Positions 54,646-64,000 of a stretch of DNA of 64,000 nt are shown here, one piece after another; within the stretch, counting starts at the first letter, position 1; the number at the start of each line of letters is the position of its first letter. This DNA is from Candidatus Brennerbacteria bacterium (GTDB lineage: Bacteria > Patescibacteriota > Minisyncoccia > UBA6257 > GWB1-50-10): NCBI GenBank assembly GCA_043799565.1, contig JAZDNP010000015.1:12557-76556 (forward strand), in the 5' to 3' direction. The notes under the pieces were generated by a model. It saw only the letters and a list, made by a program, of their open reading frames with translations. It made no database searches and had not been told where the DNA came from. Both the position numbers and the translations under genes were made by a program.

Positions 54646-56556
54646 ATGGCAAAAATATTAGGAATTGACCTCGGCACGACGAACTCCGCGATGGCGGTGA
54701 TGGAGGGCGGGAGTCCCCGCGTATTGGAAAATCACGAAGGGAATCGCACGACCCCGTCCATTGTCGCGCTCTCCAAGTCCAGCGAGCGTCTCGTGGGCAC
54801 CACCGCAAAGCGGCAGGGCGTGGTGAATCCGAAAAATACTATTTTCTCCATCAAGCGCCTAATCGGCCGTCCGTGGAAGGATCCGGAGGTCGCGCGCGAC
54901 AAGGAGTGGTTCCCGTTCACCATCAAAGAATCGAGCTCTCACGGTGTGGAAATCATGATGGGGGAGCGCGGGTACAAGCCGGAGGAAATCTCGGCAATGG
55001 TGCTTCAAAAACTGAAAGCGGATGCGGAGGCGAAGTTGGGAGAAAAGATAGATGAGGCGGTCATCACGGTGCCGGCATATTTTGATGATTCACAGCGGCA
55101 AGCGACCAAGAACGCGGGTGAGATCGCCGGATTCAAGGTGCGCCGCATTTTGAACGAACCGACTGCGGCGGCGCTTGCCTATGGTTTGGACAAACAAAAG
55201 AACGAAAAAATAGTGGTCTATGACTTCGGGGGCGGCACGTTCGATATCTCCGTGCTTGAAGTGGGAGATAACACGGTGGAAGTGAAGGCGACGGGCGGTG
55301 ATACGCACCTCGGGGGCGACGACTTTGATAAGAAGATCATTGAATATCTCGTGGCTGAATATAAGAGCCGCGAGGGCGTGGACATCGCAAAGGATCCTCT
55401 CGCTGTACAACGCCTGAAGGAAGCGGCCGAGCGCGCGAAGCACGAACTTTCCACGGCGGTGGAGACGGAAATCAATCTTCCGTACATCACCTCCGGTGCC
55501 GATGGCCCCAAGCACTTTGTGATGAAGCTCACACGGGCGAAATTGGAAGACCTCGTGCGGGGCGAGATAGCGCGCTCCATCGTGCTTGTGAAGGAGGCGG
55601 TGACCGCCGTTGCTCCGAAGGGTGCGGGGCTGAAGCTTTCCGACATTGATGAGGTGGTTCTCGTCGGCGGCCAAACGCGCATGCCGCTTATCCAGGAGGA
55701 GGTGAAAAAACTTTTTGGAAAAGAGCCGCACCAGGGCATTAACCCCGATGAAGTGGTTGCGGTAGGCGCCGCCATACAAGCAGGCATTCTCCAAGGGGAT
55801 GTAAAGGATATTCTTCTTCTGGACGTTACTCCTCTCACGCTTGCGATAGAAACCTTAGGAGGCGTTGCAACACCTATGATAGCGAAGAACACCACCGTGC
55901 CGACCGCAAAAACGCAGGTGTTTTCCACTGCGGCGGACAACCAAACATCCGTGGAAATCCACATAAGTCAGGGGGAACGGCCTATGACGGCGGACAACAA
56001 AACGCTTGCGCGTTTCATTTTGGACGGTATTCCACCCTCGCCGCGCGGCATGCCGCAAGTGGAAGTAACGTTCGATATAGACGCGAACGGAATCTTGACC
56101 GTGTCCGCGAAGGACAAGGCGACTGGTAAGGCGCAATCGGTAAAGATAGAAGCGTCTACCTCGCTCTCCAAGGAAGAGATTGAACGGCTGAAAAAGGAAG
56201 CGGAGCTTCATGCCGCGGAAGACGCGAAGAAGCGCGAACTCATTGATGCGCGGAACCAGGCAGAGTCATTGCTGTATATTGCGGAGAAAAGTTTGAAGGA
56301 TGCAGGCGAGAAAGTTGCGGAAGACATTAAGAAAGCGGTGACGGAAAAAATAGATGCGCTGAAGGGCGTAAAAGACGCGGAAGATATGGAAGCCATCAAG
56401 GCAAAAACTCAGGAACTTTCCACTGAGCTCCAAAAGATAGGAGAGGCGCTCTATAAGAATCCCTCGCCTCCTCAAGGTGAAGGCTCGGGACCTGCGGTCG
56501 AGAACGAACCCAAAACACCGCCCGAAACACCTCCCGAAACGTCTCCGAACGGTTAG
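54646..56556 (+). CDS. dnaK: Chaperone DnaK
   Basis: [34 protein letters not shown]. Confidence 0.98.
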   Translation: MAKILGIDLGTTNSAMAVMEGGSPRVLENHEGNRTTPSIVALSKSSERLVGTTAKRQGVVNPKNTIFSIKRLIGRPWKDPEVARDKEWFPFTIKESSSHGVEIMMGERGYKPEEISAMVLQKLKADAEAKLGEKIDEAVITVPAYFDDSQRQATKNAGEIAGFKVRRILNEPTAAALAYGLDKQKNEKIVVYDFGGGTFDISVLEVGDNTVEVKATGGDTHLGGDDFDKKIIEYLVAEYKSREGVDIAKDPLAVQRLKEAAERAKHELSTAVETEINLPYITSGADGPKHFVMKLTRAKLEDLVRGEIARSIVLVKEAVTAVAPKGAGLKLSDIDEVVLVGGQTRMPLIQEEVKKLFGKEPHQGINPDEVVAVGAAIQAGILQGDVKDILLLDVTPLTLAIETLGGVATPMIAKNTTVPTAKTQVFSTAADNQTSVEIHISQGERPMTADNKTLARFILDGIPPSPRGMPQVEVTFDIDANGILTVSAKDKATGKAQSVKIEASTSLSKEEIERLKKEAELHAAEDAKKRELIDARNQAESLLYIAEKSLKDAGEKVAEDIKKAVTEKIDALKGVKDAEDMEAIKAKTQELSTELQKIGEALYKNPSPPQGEGSGPAVENEPKTPPETPPETSPNG

Positions 56557-56565
56557 AATGAATAC

Positions 56566-57639
56566 ATGCAAAACCACGTGAACGTAGTGAGCCAGTCGAA
56601 AGACGAAGAGCGCGACGGTGCGCTGTGGAAGGTCATTCTTCTTGCGATAGTGGGAGTTGGCGCGAACCTTCTTGCGACGAGCGCGCTTAACACCTACCTC
56701 GCCACCGCAACCTCCGAACTCCTTTTCGTTATCGCGGGTGCGGCGCTTGTGGCTACTTCCGTATTCGTGCTCCAAGCGCTCTTTGTGAAATCCGCACTTC
56801 TCCTCCGGGTCGTGGTGCTTATAGAAACGTTCGTGCCTCTTGCGCTTTTTACCGGAAAACTTTTTCCAGACACCTCGCTCGTGCTTCTCGGCGCGGTAGC
56901 ACTCTTTTTCTTTTTTGCGAACATGGGTTCCGTGCGAGGGCTTCGGCAGGCGGCGGCGAATATGTCCGTCCATTTTTTTGACACCGCACGTACCGTGATA
57001 CCGAAAGTTTTGACCGGCGCGCTCCTTTTCATGACCGCGCTTATCTATCTCACGTATTTTTCATGGGGCACGCTGAACGAAGCGGTGGGGCGGAGGTTTG
57101 TGAATCAGGTGCTTACCTCCGCGGACCCGGTGCTTCGGCTCTACTTCTCCACCGTTTCGGTGGACCAGAACGTGGAGAAATTCATTCGCGAGGTAGTGCG
57201 CTCGCAGCTTTTGGGAGAGAAGAACAATATACTTGGTTCTCTCGTGGAGGATTCTAATCTGCCCGGTCAGGCAGGAGATGAGATTGAGGTATTCCGGAAT
57301 CTTCCCGTGCCACAGCGCGATGCCATCATCGCGCGGGTAGCGGAGAACTTCCGGGCGTCGCTCACCCCTATTCTCGGAGCATTGGACCCGCAGGAGCCCG
57401 TGCGCGACGTGGCATATCGGATTTTGGAGGAGCGTTTCAGCTCGCTCTCGCCGTCGCAGTCCGCAACATTCACGATAGGCGGATTGCTGCTCGTATTCTT
57501 TGCGCTCAAAGGATTTCTGTCGCTCTTCCATTGGCTTATCGCGGCCGTGGCGTATCTCATTTTCAAGCTACTTGTGACATTCGGGTTTGCGCGCATGGGA
57601 GTTTCCACACAGACGCGTGAGTTCGTTATTCTTTCGTAA
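56566..57639 (+). CDS. Polytopic membrane hypothetical protein inside the dnaK operon
   Basis: About 6-7 hydrophobic segments and one soluble loop, with short gaps to dnaK and dnaJ. Confidence 0.75.
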   Translation: MQNHVNVVSQSKDEERDGALWKVILLAIVGVGANLLATSALNTYLATATSELLFVIAGAALVATSVFVLQALFVKSALLLRVVVLIETFVPLALFTGKLFPDTSLVLLGAVALFFFFANMGSVRGLRQAAANMSVHFFDTARTVIPKVLTGALLFMTALIYLTYFSWGTLNEAVGRRFVNQVLTSADPVLRLYFSTVSVDQNVEKFIREVVRSQLLGEKNNILGSLVEDSNLPGQAGDEIEVFRNLPVPQRDAIIARVAENFRASLTPILGALDPQEPVRDVAYRILEERFSSLSPSQSATFTIGGLLLVFFALKGFLSLFHWLIAAVAYLIFKLLVTFGFARMGVSTQTREFVILS

Positions 57640-57654
57640 GCACGCAAGGTATTT

Positions 57655-58752
57655 ATGAGTAAGGATTATTACAAAATTTTGGGCGTGGTGAAGAGCGCTT
57701 CGGAAGAAGAGGTAAAGAAAGCGTACCGCAAGCTCGCGCACGAACATCACCCCGACAAATCGGGCGGCTCTGAGGCGAAGTTCAAGGAAGTAAACGAGGC
57801 CTACCAGGTGCTGGGGAACAAGGAGAAGCGCGCACAATATGACAGATTCGGACAGGTGTTCGAGGGCGGTCCCTCGGGGTACTCGGGACAAAGCCCCTTC
57901 GGTGGCTTTGGGGGATTCAACCCGCAGGGTTTCCACGTGAACATGGAGGACTTTGGCGACCTCGGCGATATATTTGAAGGAATGTTCGAGCAGTTCGGCG
58001 GTGGGCGCCGGCGCGAAACATATAAGCGCGGGTCGGACGTGGAAGTGGTGGCGGAACTTTCGCTTTTGGAAGCGTTCCAGGGTATGACGCGCACCATTCG
58101 ATTTGCGACCGCGGTTACGTGCGCGAAATGCAAAGGAATCGGGTACGACAAAACGAAGGGCACGGCACAGTGTGAAACGTGCAAAGGGAAAGGCGAGGTG
58201 CGCGAGGCGCGCCGCACATTCTTCGGGAACTTTACGCAGGTGCGGAGCTGCCCCACGTGTAAAGGGAGAGGCGAGACGCCGAACGAGGAATGCAAGCTTT
58301 GCGGGGGCACGGGACGCACTACGGGCACGCGTGAAGTGAACATACAGATTGCCGCGGGCGTTGAAGACGGGCAGGTCATCAAAGTGACAGGTATGGGCGA
58401 GGCGGGGGAACAGGGAGCGTCTGCCGGAGACCTCTACGTCATTGTTCGCGTGAAGCCACACGGAACATTTGAAAGGAAACGTATGGATCTTTTCACATCG
58501 CACGAAATAAAACTTACCGACCTCGCGCTCGGAAAGTCGTTCACGATTGAGGGCGTGGACGGCGAGCATGTCAAAGTTGAGATACCCGCCGGGTACGATA
58601 TCCACGAACTCTTGAAGGTTTCAGGGAAGGGGATGCCGCGCTTCGGCTCTTTCGGCCGCGGCGACCTTTACCTTACGCTCCGCGTGACAACACCGAAGAA
58701 ACTTTCCACGAAGGCGAAGAAATTACTTGACGAGTTGGAAGGAGAATTGTAA
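57655..58752 (+). CDS. dnaJ: Chaperone DnaJ
   Basis: J-domain HPD, G/F region, four CxxCxGxG motifs, GDLY. Confidence 0.97.
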   Translation: MSKDYYKILGVVKSASEEEVKKAYRKLAHEHHPDKSGGSEAKFKEVNEAYQVLGNKEKRAQYDRFGQVFEGGPSGYSGQSPFGGFGGFNPQGFHVNMEDFGDLGDIFEGMFEQFGGGRRRETYKRGSDVEVVAELSLLEAFQGMTRTIRFATAVTCAKCKGIGYDKTKGTAQCETCKGKGEVREARRTFFGNFTQVRSCPTCKGRGETPNEECKLCGGTGRTTGTREVNIQIAAGVEDGQVIKVTGMGEAGEQGASAGDLYVIVRVKPHGTFERKRMDLFTSHEIKLTDLALGKSFTIEGVDGEHVKVEIPAGYDIHELLKVSGKGMPRFGSFGRGDLYLTLRVTTPKKLSTKAKKLLDELEGEL

Positions 58753-58761
58753 AGTGCAGAT

Positions 58762-59454
58762 ATGAAAAATGAGAATCCCTTTGAGAGGGAAGAACGGAAA
58801 GTACAGGAAAACCCAGTCCATGAAAGGTTGGGGAGGACCGAGTTGCCGTCGGAGCATTATCAAGTTCCGGAAGAGTTGAAGGAAGAAGTGCGCGCCGAAG
58901 ACGACGCAATCCTTCTTGAAGAATCCGAAGAACGGCAAAAAGAAAAACGCGGTGAAAATTTCGTGCAGATAGAAGAACTACCCGATGACTCATTAAGGAA
59001 CCTTGAAGAAGAAATTCTTGCAAAAGTTGACGCAGGTATCAATGGTCAGGCGGCTGATGAAGTGGTCCGCCTGTTCTTAGAGGGGAAAATAGACATTGAT
59101 GAGGATATCCTCGGAGAGTTGGTCGCTGCGGGCGTGATCAGTGAGGAAGAAACGCGCGACGCCTCGCGGAATAACGGGAAACACACAGGTTCTAAGCCAA
59201 AGCTGCCGAAGGCTCTCTGGGAGAAGGTAAAGGAGTTTTCCCTTCCTGCGCCGAAATGGAATGCGCTCCCTTCGGAGGAGCAGGAGCGGCGGAAAGATGA
59301 AGTGAGAAAAGCAAAACGGGAGTATTTTGATCAGAAGCTAAAGAATATTGTGGAACTGGCGAGAAGCGGTTTGAGCCCGAGCGGGTGGGACCTCCTCACG
59401 AAACAAGAAAAAGCCAAGCGCCTTGAGGACGCGCGGAATTTCTACGAGCGATAG
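58762..59454 (+). CDS. Highly charged hypothetical protein
   Basis: 230-aa E/K-rich ORF starting 9 nt after dnaJ. Confidence 0.7.
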   Translation: MKNENPFEREERKVQENPVHERLGRTELPSEHYQVPEELKEEVRAEDDAILLEESEERQKEKRGENFVQIEELPDDSLRNLEEEILAKVDAGINGQAADEVVRLFLEGKIDIDEDILGELVAAGVISEEETRDASRNNGKHTGSKPKLPKALWEKVKEFSLPAPKWNALPSEEQERRKDEVRKAKREYFDQKLKNIVELARSGLSPSGWDLLTKQEKAKRLEDARNFYER

Positions 59455-59461
59455 CGGTTTC

Positions 59462-59484
59462 TAAAAAGCCGTACCCGCTTTTTA
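59462..59484 (+). terminator. Possible terminator
   Basis: TAAAAAGC-N7-GCTTTTTA, a weak stem. Confidence 0.35.
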
Positions 59485-59514
59485 TTGACAAGTAGCATTT
59501 TCAAGTGCTATTCT
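59485..59514 (+). promoter_or_regulatory. Promoter with palindromic spacer
   Basis: TTGACA-18-(TGc)TATTCT. The spacer contains TAGCATTT-TC-AAGTGCTA. Confidence 0.6.
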
Positions 59515-59557
59515 ATTTTTTAGCATCCAACAAAATCCCGTCTCGGAGGGAACACTT

Positions 59558-60166
59558 ATGGCGGATAGGCGCGAAGTGGTTGCGATAATAGGCTCCGGAT
59601 TCCGAAGCTCTCAAGACGATCGATTGGACATATGGGGTTATCGTCGGTTGATGAAGGCGATTGAGGTGTTCGATTTCTGCGACTTACCTGAAAATCGGAT
59701 CAACCTAATCATCACTGGTCTTGTACAACATCCGAAGACAAAGAGGAGCTTTAGCGACGCGGCCCAAAAATTGGCGCAGAGCAAAGGCATCTGTCCTTTG
59801 TCAATCTGGCGCTTTGAGAACGATGCGACAGACAAGTACACACTGAATACTCTCGGTGATGTCAAGGCGATTCTTGTTTGCGTGAATACATTTCATGTGG
59901 AACGTCTGACGGTGATAACGGAGACCCCGCATTGGTTGTTTCGGGTCAGACGTCTCTTTCGGAAGGAAGCGCCAAGCTTGGAAATTCGTTTTCTGTCGAG
60001 TGCGTCCGCACCGTTATGGTACTGGGCGAAGGAGTTCCTTGCGGGTATTTTGTCGCGAATACCTCTTGTTGGCAAAACGGATTCCAGATTTAACCGATTT
60101 TTTGTAAGAAGGTGGAGGAGCGTTGCTTCATACTTCGGGCTCTATGTAGTAGATCCCGACCGGTAG
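59558..60166 (+). CDS. YdcF/DUF218 (ElyC/SanA)-like protein, divergent
   Basis: IIGSG, R..KA, IITG, NT.GD and VITE..H..R resemble the family's motif order. GGAGGG SD upstream. Confidence 0.55.
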   Translation: MADRREVVAIIGSGFRSSQDDRLDIWGYRRLMKAIEVFDFCDLPENRINLIITGLVQHPKTKRSFSDAAQKLAQSKGICPLSIWRFENDATDKYTLNTLGDVKAILVCVNTFHVERLTVITETPHWLFRVRRLFRKEAPSLEIRFLSSASAPLWYWAKEFLAGILSRIPLVGKTDSRFNRFFVRRWRSVASYFGLYVVDPDR

Positions 60167-60185
60167 CGACATCTCTTATGTGGCG

Positions 60186-60219
60186 GCGGCGAGGAGTCAT
60201 TCCTCGCCGTTTTTGTTTT
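60186..60219 (+). terminator. Rho-independent terminator
   Basis: CGGCGAGGA-GTCAT-TCCTCGCCG followed by TTTTTGTTTT. Confidence 0.8.
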
Positions 60220-60232
60220 GCGGTGTGATTTG

Positions 60233-60260
60233 TTGACACTTTCAATATTTTTGCTATATT
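60233..60260 (+). promoter_or_regulatory. rplJL promoter
   Basis: TTGACA-16-(TGc)TATATT. Confidence 0.7.
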
Positions 60261-60266
60261 AAAAAG

Positions 60267-60420
60267 GTCCGTAGACCGTAGGCGGGGGATACCCGGAAGT
60301 CCTACCGAGGCTAGATACCGAGCTTCGCTCGATATCGCCCGATTGTGCGAGAGCACAATTTAGGGGTGCGCCGCTAATAGGCGCGTACCACTACGGCTCA
60401 AAGGTCGTGGTTTTTTGTTT
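60267..60420 (+). ncRNA. Ribosomal protein L10 leader (autoregulatory cis-RNA) with attenuator-like hairpin
   Basis: AGACCGTAGG...CCTACCGAGG core resembles L10 leaders, and is followed by a hairpin ending GTCGTGGTTTTTT upstream of rplJ. Confidence 0.7.
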
Positions 60421-60536
60421 AATTTTATTGAAAATTAAACATCCTGAACGTAGTGAAGGACTATAAAATTGAGCAATCCCTCCTTTGTTGGGATACTGAG
60501 TTTTGTAGCATCGCTTTGCTCAGACAAAATTCGTAA

Positions 60537-61058
60537 ATGAAAACAAAAGCACAAAAGAAAATACAGATAGAGAGCGGTGTGAAGGGTATCGCGAAGAGCG
60601 AAACCCTGGTTCTCGCCGATTTCACCGGCGTGCCGACCTCGGAACTCAATGCGTTCCGTAAAACGCTCCGCACCATGGGGGCGGCGTTCACGGTGGTGAA
60701 AAAGCGGCTCTTTAAGCTAATGTTGAAAGAGGGCGGGATAGAATTTGACCCGAAGTCGCTGAATGGCCAGCTCGGGGTCGTATTCTCGCCGAAGGACCTC
60801 GTGGAAACCGCGGGAGCGACGTACCGTTTCTCCACTCGCCTCGCTGGAGCTATGGCGAAGCGGGAAGGCAAGGAGGCGTTCAAAATATTGGGTGGTTTCG
60901 ACCTTAAGGAGAAACGGTTTATTGAAGGCGCAGATGTGATTCGCTACGGTGCGCTTCCCTCGCGTGAAGTACTCCTTGGGCAGCTCGTGGGTATGCTCAC
61001 AGTTCCCATCCGTCAATTCATGACCGTGATGAACGAAAGGGCGAAGAAATTAAATTAA
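60537..61058 (+). CDS. rplJ: 50S ribosomal protein L10
   Basis: DF.G....L..FR..L, VVK..L, LPSRE.LL.QL. Confidence 0.95.
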   Translation: MKTKAQKKIQIESGVKGIAKSETLVLADFTGVPTSELNAFRKTLRTMGAAFTVVKKRLFKLMLKEGGIEFDPKSLNGQLGVVFSPKDLVETAGATYRFSTRLAGAMAKREGKEAFKILGGFDLKEKRFIEGADVIRYGALPSREVLLGQLVGMLTVPIRQFMTVMNERAKKLN

Positions 61059-61062
61059 TCAT

Positions 61063-61428
61063 ATGGAAAAATACAACGACATAATCGAAAAAGTTGAGAA
61101 GTTGACCGTGATGGAGCTTTCCGAGCTCGTAAAGGCGCTTGAAGAGAAGTTCGGCGTATCGGCGGCCGCGATGGCGGTTGCAGGAGGCGGCTCAGGCACT
61201 GAGGCGGCGGAAGAGAAGACCGCGTGGACGGTAGTTCTCAAGGCCGCGGGCGATCTCAAAATCAACGTCATCAAGGCGGTGAAGGAAGCGACTGGTCTTG
61301 GCCTCAAAGAGGCGAAGGACATCGTGGACAGCGCTCCGAAGCCGGTGAAGGAGGGGATGAAGAAAGACGAGGCCGAAGAGCTGAAGAAAAAGCTTGAGGC
61401 GGCCGGAGCAACGGTAGAATTGCTTTAG
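61063..61428 (+). CDS. rplL: 50S ribosomal protein L7/L12
   Basis: [17 protein letters not shown]...[17 protein letters not shown]. Confidence 0.98.
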   Translation: MEKYNDIIEKVEKLTVMELSELVKALEEKFGVSAAAMAVAGGGSGTEAAEEKTAWTVVLKAAGDLKINVIKAVKEATGLGLKEAKDIVDSAPKPVKEGMKKDEAEELKKKLEAAGATVELL

Positions 61429-61446
61429 TTCTCACCAGCGAACAAA

Positions 61447-61483
61447 AAAGGCGCCTGTCGACATGTTGTCGGCGGGCGCCTTT
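61447..61483. terminator. Bidirectional terminator
   Basis: AAAGGCGCCTGTCGACA-TGT-TGTCGGCGGGCGCCTTT between convergent genes. Confidence 0.8.
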
Positions 61484-62627
61484 ACGTTTGATTGCCGTTT
61501 GCACGGCCCTTCCTCGTTCTCGGTTTGATATGGTGTTGCCAATCAATGCCGGGAAAGAGTTCCTGATGGTATGGCACACGTTCCATTGGAAGGAGGATGC
61601 CCACGTCGTAGTAGATGGCGGCGGGGGCGACCTTCGTACACCAGCTCTCCACCGGGCAAATACCGCAGGGATCGCGATAGTTTTTTGGCCATAACCCGGG
61701 GTTCTTTTTCAGCTCTTCGGGAAGAACGAACGTTTTTCCCGCGTCGCGCGAGATGTTCTGGTGGTGCTCCGCGCAGAGACGCCGACTTAAGGTCCAGAGC
61801 GCAGGATTCACGTGCATGTGAGAGATGTGGTTCTTCACGAGAAATCCTTGCGACCAGATGGCAACCGTATCCATTATCTCTTCGCTCACGCGAGCAAAGG
61901 GAAATCCGTAGAGCATCTTCGGGTAGCGTGGGTTTTCGGGCAACGGCTTCGTCTCGATATCAATGACGCCGAGTGTCCAAAGCGCGCGAAGTGCGTGAAA
62001 ATCCACGGGAATCGGAGTAGGGAACTTCGGAACGACATTTTGTTCCTGGAGCCATATGGTGAAGAGCGAGAATATTTTCCGCCGCATCCCCTTGATGCCG
62101 GTGCCGTTGAGATGTTTCCAGTCAATGCGGGCAAAAGCTTCTTCAAAATCGGAAACGCCCTCGAATATATTCAAGATGTTTCCGTCCCAGTGCTCGCTCA
62201 ATACTTTGGAGTTGTGGCACCAATGTTCCGAGAGTTCCTCGAGCTTGTAGCCAAGTGGGCCGACTCCTTGCGTCTCCGTTCTGCGTTGCGTGCCGCGTAT
62301 CTCCGTTGTGACTGCTTGAATCGCGACCCGTAAACGATTTGGATTCCAGATACTTCTCACCCTGTGTGGTTGGAAAGCGCTGGGGTATCGTTCGCGGAGC
62401 GCGAGCAGCCACTTGAAAGGATCTTCACTCACAATTCCTCCCCGCATAGTATGTGCGGAGTAAAAGTAGTAAAGTGCCTTCTCCTGCCTGGTTCCGTCAA
62501 CATCCCAAATCTCCTCAGGGAGTCTTTCTCCCTTGAATATTCCTTCTCGCCGCTCCCAAAGCGGGGCGAGAATGCTGAACACCTGAAGCGCGCGTTCCTC
62601 ATTGAAACGCACCTTGCTGGTTTTCAT
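61482..62627 (-). CDS. Divergent HhH-GPD (endonuclease III-like) superfamily protein with putative Fe-S motif
   Basis: IKGMRRKIFSLF (HhH-like), IPVDFHALR, LSRRLC...CGICPVESWC. ATG 62627 has an AGGGAG SD. Confidence 0.6.
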   Translation of the reverse strand: MKTSKVRFNEERALQVFSILAPLWERREGIFKGERLPEEIWDVDGTRQEKALYYFYSAHTMRGGIVSEDPFKWLLALRERYPSAFQPHRVRSIWNPNRLRVAIQAVTTEIRGTQRRTETQGVGPLGYKLEELSEHWCHNSKVLSEHWDGNILNIFEGVSDFEEAFARIDWKHLNGTGIKGMRRKIFSLFTIWLQEQNVVPKFPTPIPVDFHALRALWTLGVIDIETKPLPENPRYPKMLYGFPFARVSEEIMDTVAIWSQGFLVKNHISHMHVNPALWTLSRRLCAEHHQNISRDAGKTFVLPEELKKNPGLWPKNYRDPCGICPVESWCTKVAPAAIYYDVGILLPMERVPYHQELFPGIDWQHHIKPRTRKGRANGNQT

Positions 62628-62783
62628 ACTCGTCTCCCTGAACGGTGGATGGATGTGAATTAACTGCGACCACTCTAACAGGGGAGCGGCGTGGAGGGCA
62701 AGCGATGCGTTGACGTGGGTCGGACTTCGGTGGCACACTGACCGCAGTAACCCAACAATTCAAGAACCAAAAAGGAGCTCGCC

Positions 62784-64000
62784 ATGAAGCGACCCGATGG
62801 TACGAATGGCCAAAACGGCCAGAACGGCATCGAGGCGCTCGCAAAGCTCCTCGGTGACTCAGAACATATCCCGCGTTATCGTGGGGCCCATATCCGGTTT
62901 CAAGCGATTAACGTGTTGCCGCAACCGCGCAAGACGTTCGAATCCATCTCCGAACTCGCGCTCGACATTGCCGAGAAGGGGCAGTTGAATCCGCTCATTG
63001 TTGCGCGGTTCGATACACAACACTATGGACGCTATCTCGAGGTCATTAATCGCCTGTGGGGAACGTCATTTTCCCTGAAAGATGCGCACTCCGTGCGTGA
63101 GAAGGGGAAAGCGGTGTTCTACGTACTGCTTGCGGGAGAGCGGCGTTATCGCTCAATGAAGCTTCTCCGTGAAAAGGGATACGAAGCGTTGCACCGTACC
63201 GTATTCGGCAACCTGCCGGTGAACGTACGTGCGCTTCCCAAGCAGGGCGATACGATCGAAGTGCGTTTATGTGACCGCACATCCCCGCTCTTCGCGCTGT
63301 ATGTCCAGCTTTCGGAGAACACTCACATGCAGGTACCGCCGCACGAGGAGGCGCATGCCTACTCGTTGCTCTTCCGTCTCGTACGGCAGGCAGACGAGAG
63401 TTACTCGATTGCCCAGTTCGCACGGCGCATCGGGAGAAGCCCGGAAACGGTGCGGAACGCACTGCGATTTTTCGAACTTCCCGTGGGTCCGCGGAGCTAT
63501 GTGGAGCGAGGGGCACTTCCCTACGGTATTGGCGTAGAACTCACGCGCCTCCATCGCATAGGGCTCAAAGCAAGAGAGCTCGACTGGTGGGCGATGCGCG
63601 CCATTACTGGACGGAAGAAAGTGCCGGATTTCCATGACCTCATATCGAGGTATCTCACCGACCAAACGTCGGAACAGATGACGCTTCTCGATATTATGGA
63701 CGGCAAGAACGAAGCGTTGGTACGGCGCATGCACATTCGGAAGACTGTGCAGGCGCATCTCGTTCGGGCCGTTTGGGGATATGCGGAATACTTCAGGAAG
63801 GTTCTCGGCCTTTTTGAAGAGGGAAAGCTAGGAAAAGAGGATTCCCCCTTTTCCGTGCGGAGTCCCATTCGGGCGTTTCTTTCGCTCATTGGCATCCTTG
63901 AACGGCTTCTGCCGCACCTTCGTGGCCTCATCTCGCATGCAAAGCATGGACATGCGACCGAGGTCCTAGGGCGTGCGCGTGAACTGGCAAGTCAGGCAGA
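62784..64000 (+). CDS. ParB/Spo0J-family protein, 3'-truncated (absent from the ORF track)
   Basis: Hand translation is open to the window end: QPRKTF, ELA.DI...GQLNPL, LAGERRYR, SEN, HTH (IAQFARRIGRSPETVRNALR). AAGGAG SD. Confidence 0.85.
   Translation, partial: MKRPDGTNGQNGQNGIEALAKLLGDSEHIPRYRGAHIRFQAINVLPQPRKTFESISELALDIAEKGQLNPLIVARFDTQHYGRYLEVINRLWGTSFSLKDAHSVREKGKAVFYVLLAGERRYRSMKLLREKGYEALHRTVFGNLPVNVRALPKQGDTIEVRLCDRTSPLFALYVQLSENTHMQVPPHEEAHAYSLLFRLVRQADESYSIAQFARRIGRSPETVRNALRFFELPVGPRSYVERGALPYGIGVELTRLHRIGLKARELDWWAMRAITGRKKVPDFHDLISRYLTDQTSEQMTLLDIMDGKNEALVRRMHIRKTVQAHLVRAVWGYAEYFRKVLGLFEEGKLGKEDSPFSVRSPIRAFLSLIGILERLLPHLRGLISHAKHGHATEVLGRARELASQA

Noticed and set aside
56515-56550. 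Short repeats at the dnaK 3' end
   Set aside because: They encode an ordinary low-complexity Pro/Glu/Thr tail.
57259-57274. CTGCC-N6-GGCAG mini-palindrome in a coding loop
   Set aside because: A 5-bp stem is too short to distinguish from chance without a genome-wide count.
63046-63931. Short ORFs listed at the right edge
   Set aside because: All overlap the open ParB-like frame that the track omitted because it has no stop in the window.

Overview
Gene-dense chromosomal window of a bacterium that looks like Patescibacteria/CPR (Parcubacteria-type). This is inferred from RpoA lacking the alpha-CTD, short UvrC and HrcA, a sigma4-HTH protein and a VirD4-like ATPase locus. Most of it is housekeeping: uvrC, secDF, cutA, infA-rpmJ-rpsMKD-rpoA-rplQM-rpsI, two mreB paralogues with mreCD-mrdA, holB, frr, rseP, proS, greA, lysS, serS, hrcA-grpE-dnaK-dnaJ and rplJL with an L10 leader. 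The dominant unusual element is a 15.5-kb array (14150-29681) of nine paralogous, Cys-rich, ~550-600 aa genes, all joined by ATGA stop/start overlaps, with a tenth copy at 40633-42420. They share duplicated zinc-ribbon end modules and a highly divergent core, and there is DNA evidence of exchange between copies. Other notable items: a 118-bp MITE-like element inserted at the hrcA start codon that creates a coupled leader ORF; many promoters placed for leaderless translation; several structured palindromic elements; a membrane-anchored HEPN-motif gene in the VirD4-like operon; and a divergent HhH-GPD-like / ParB-like gene pair at the right edge. No rRNA, tRNA, CRISPR array or transposase was seen.
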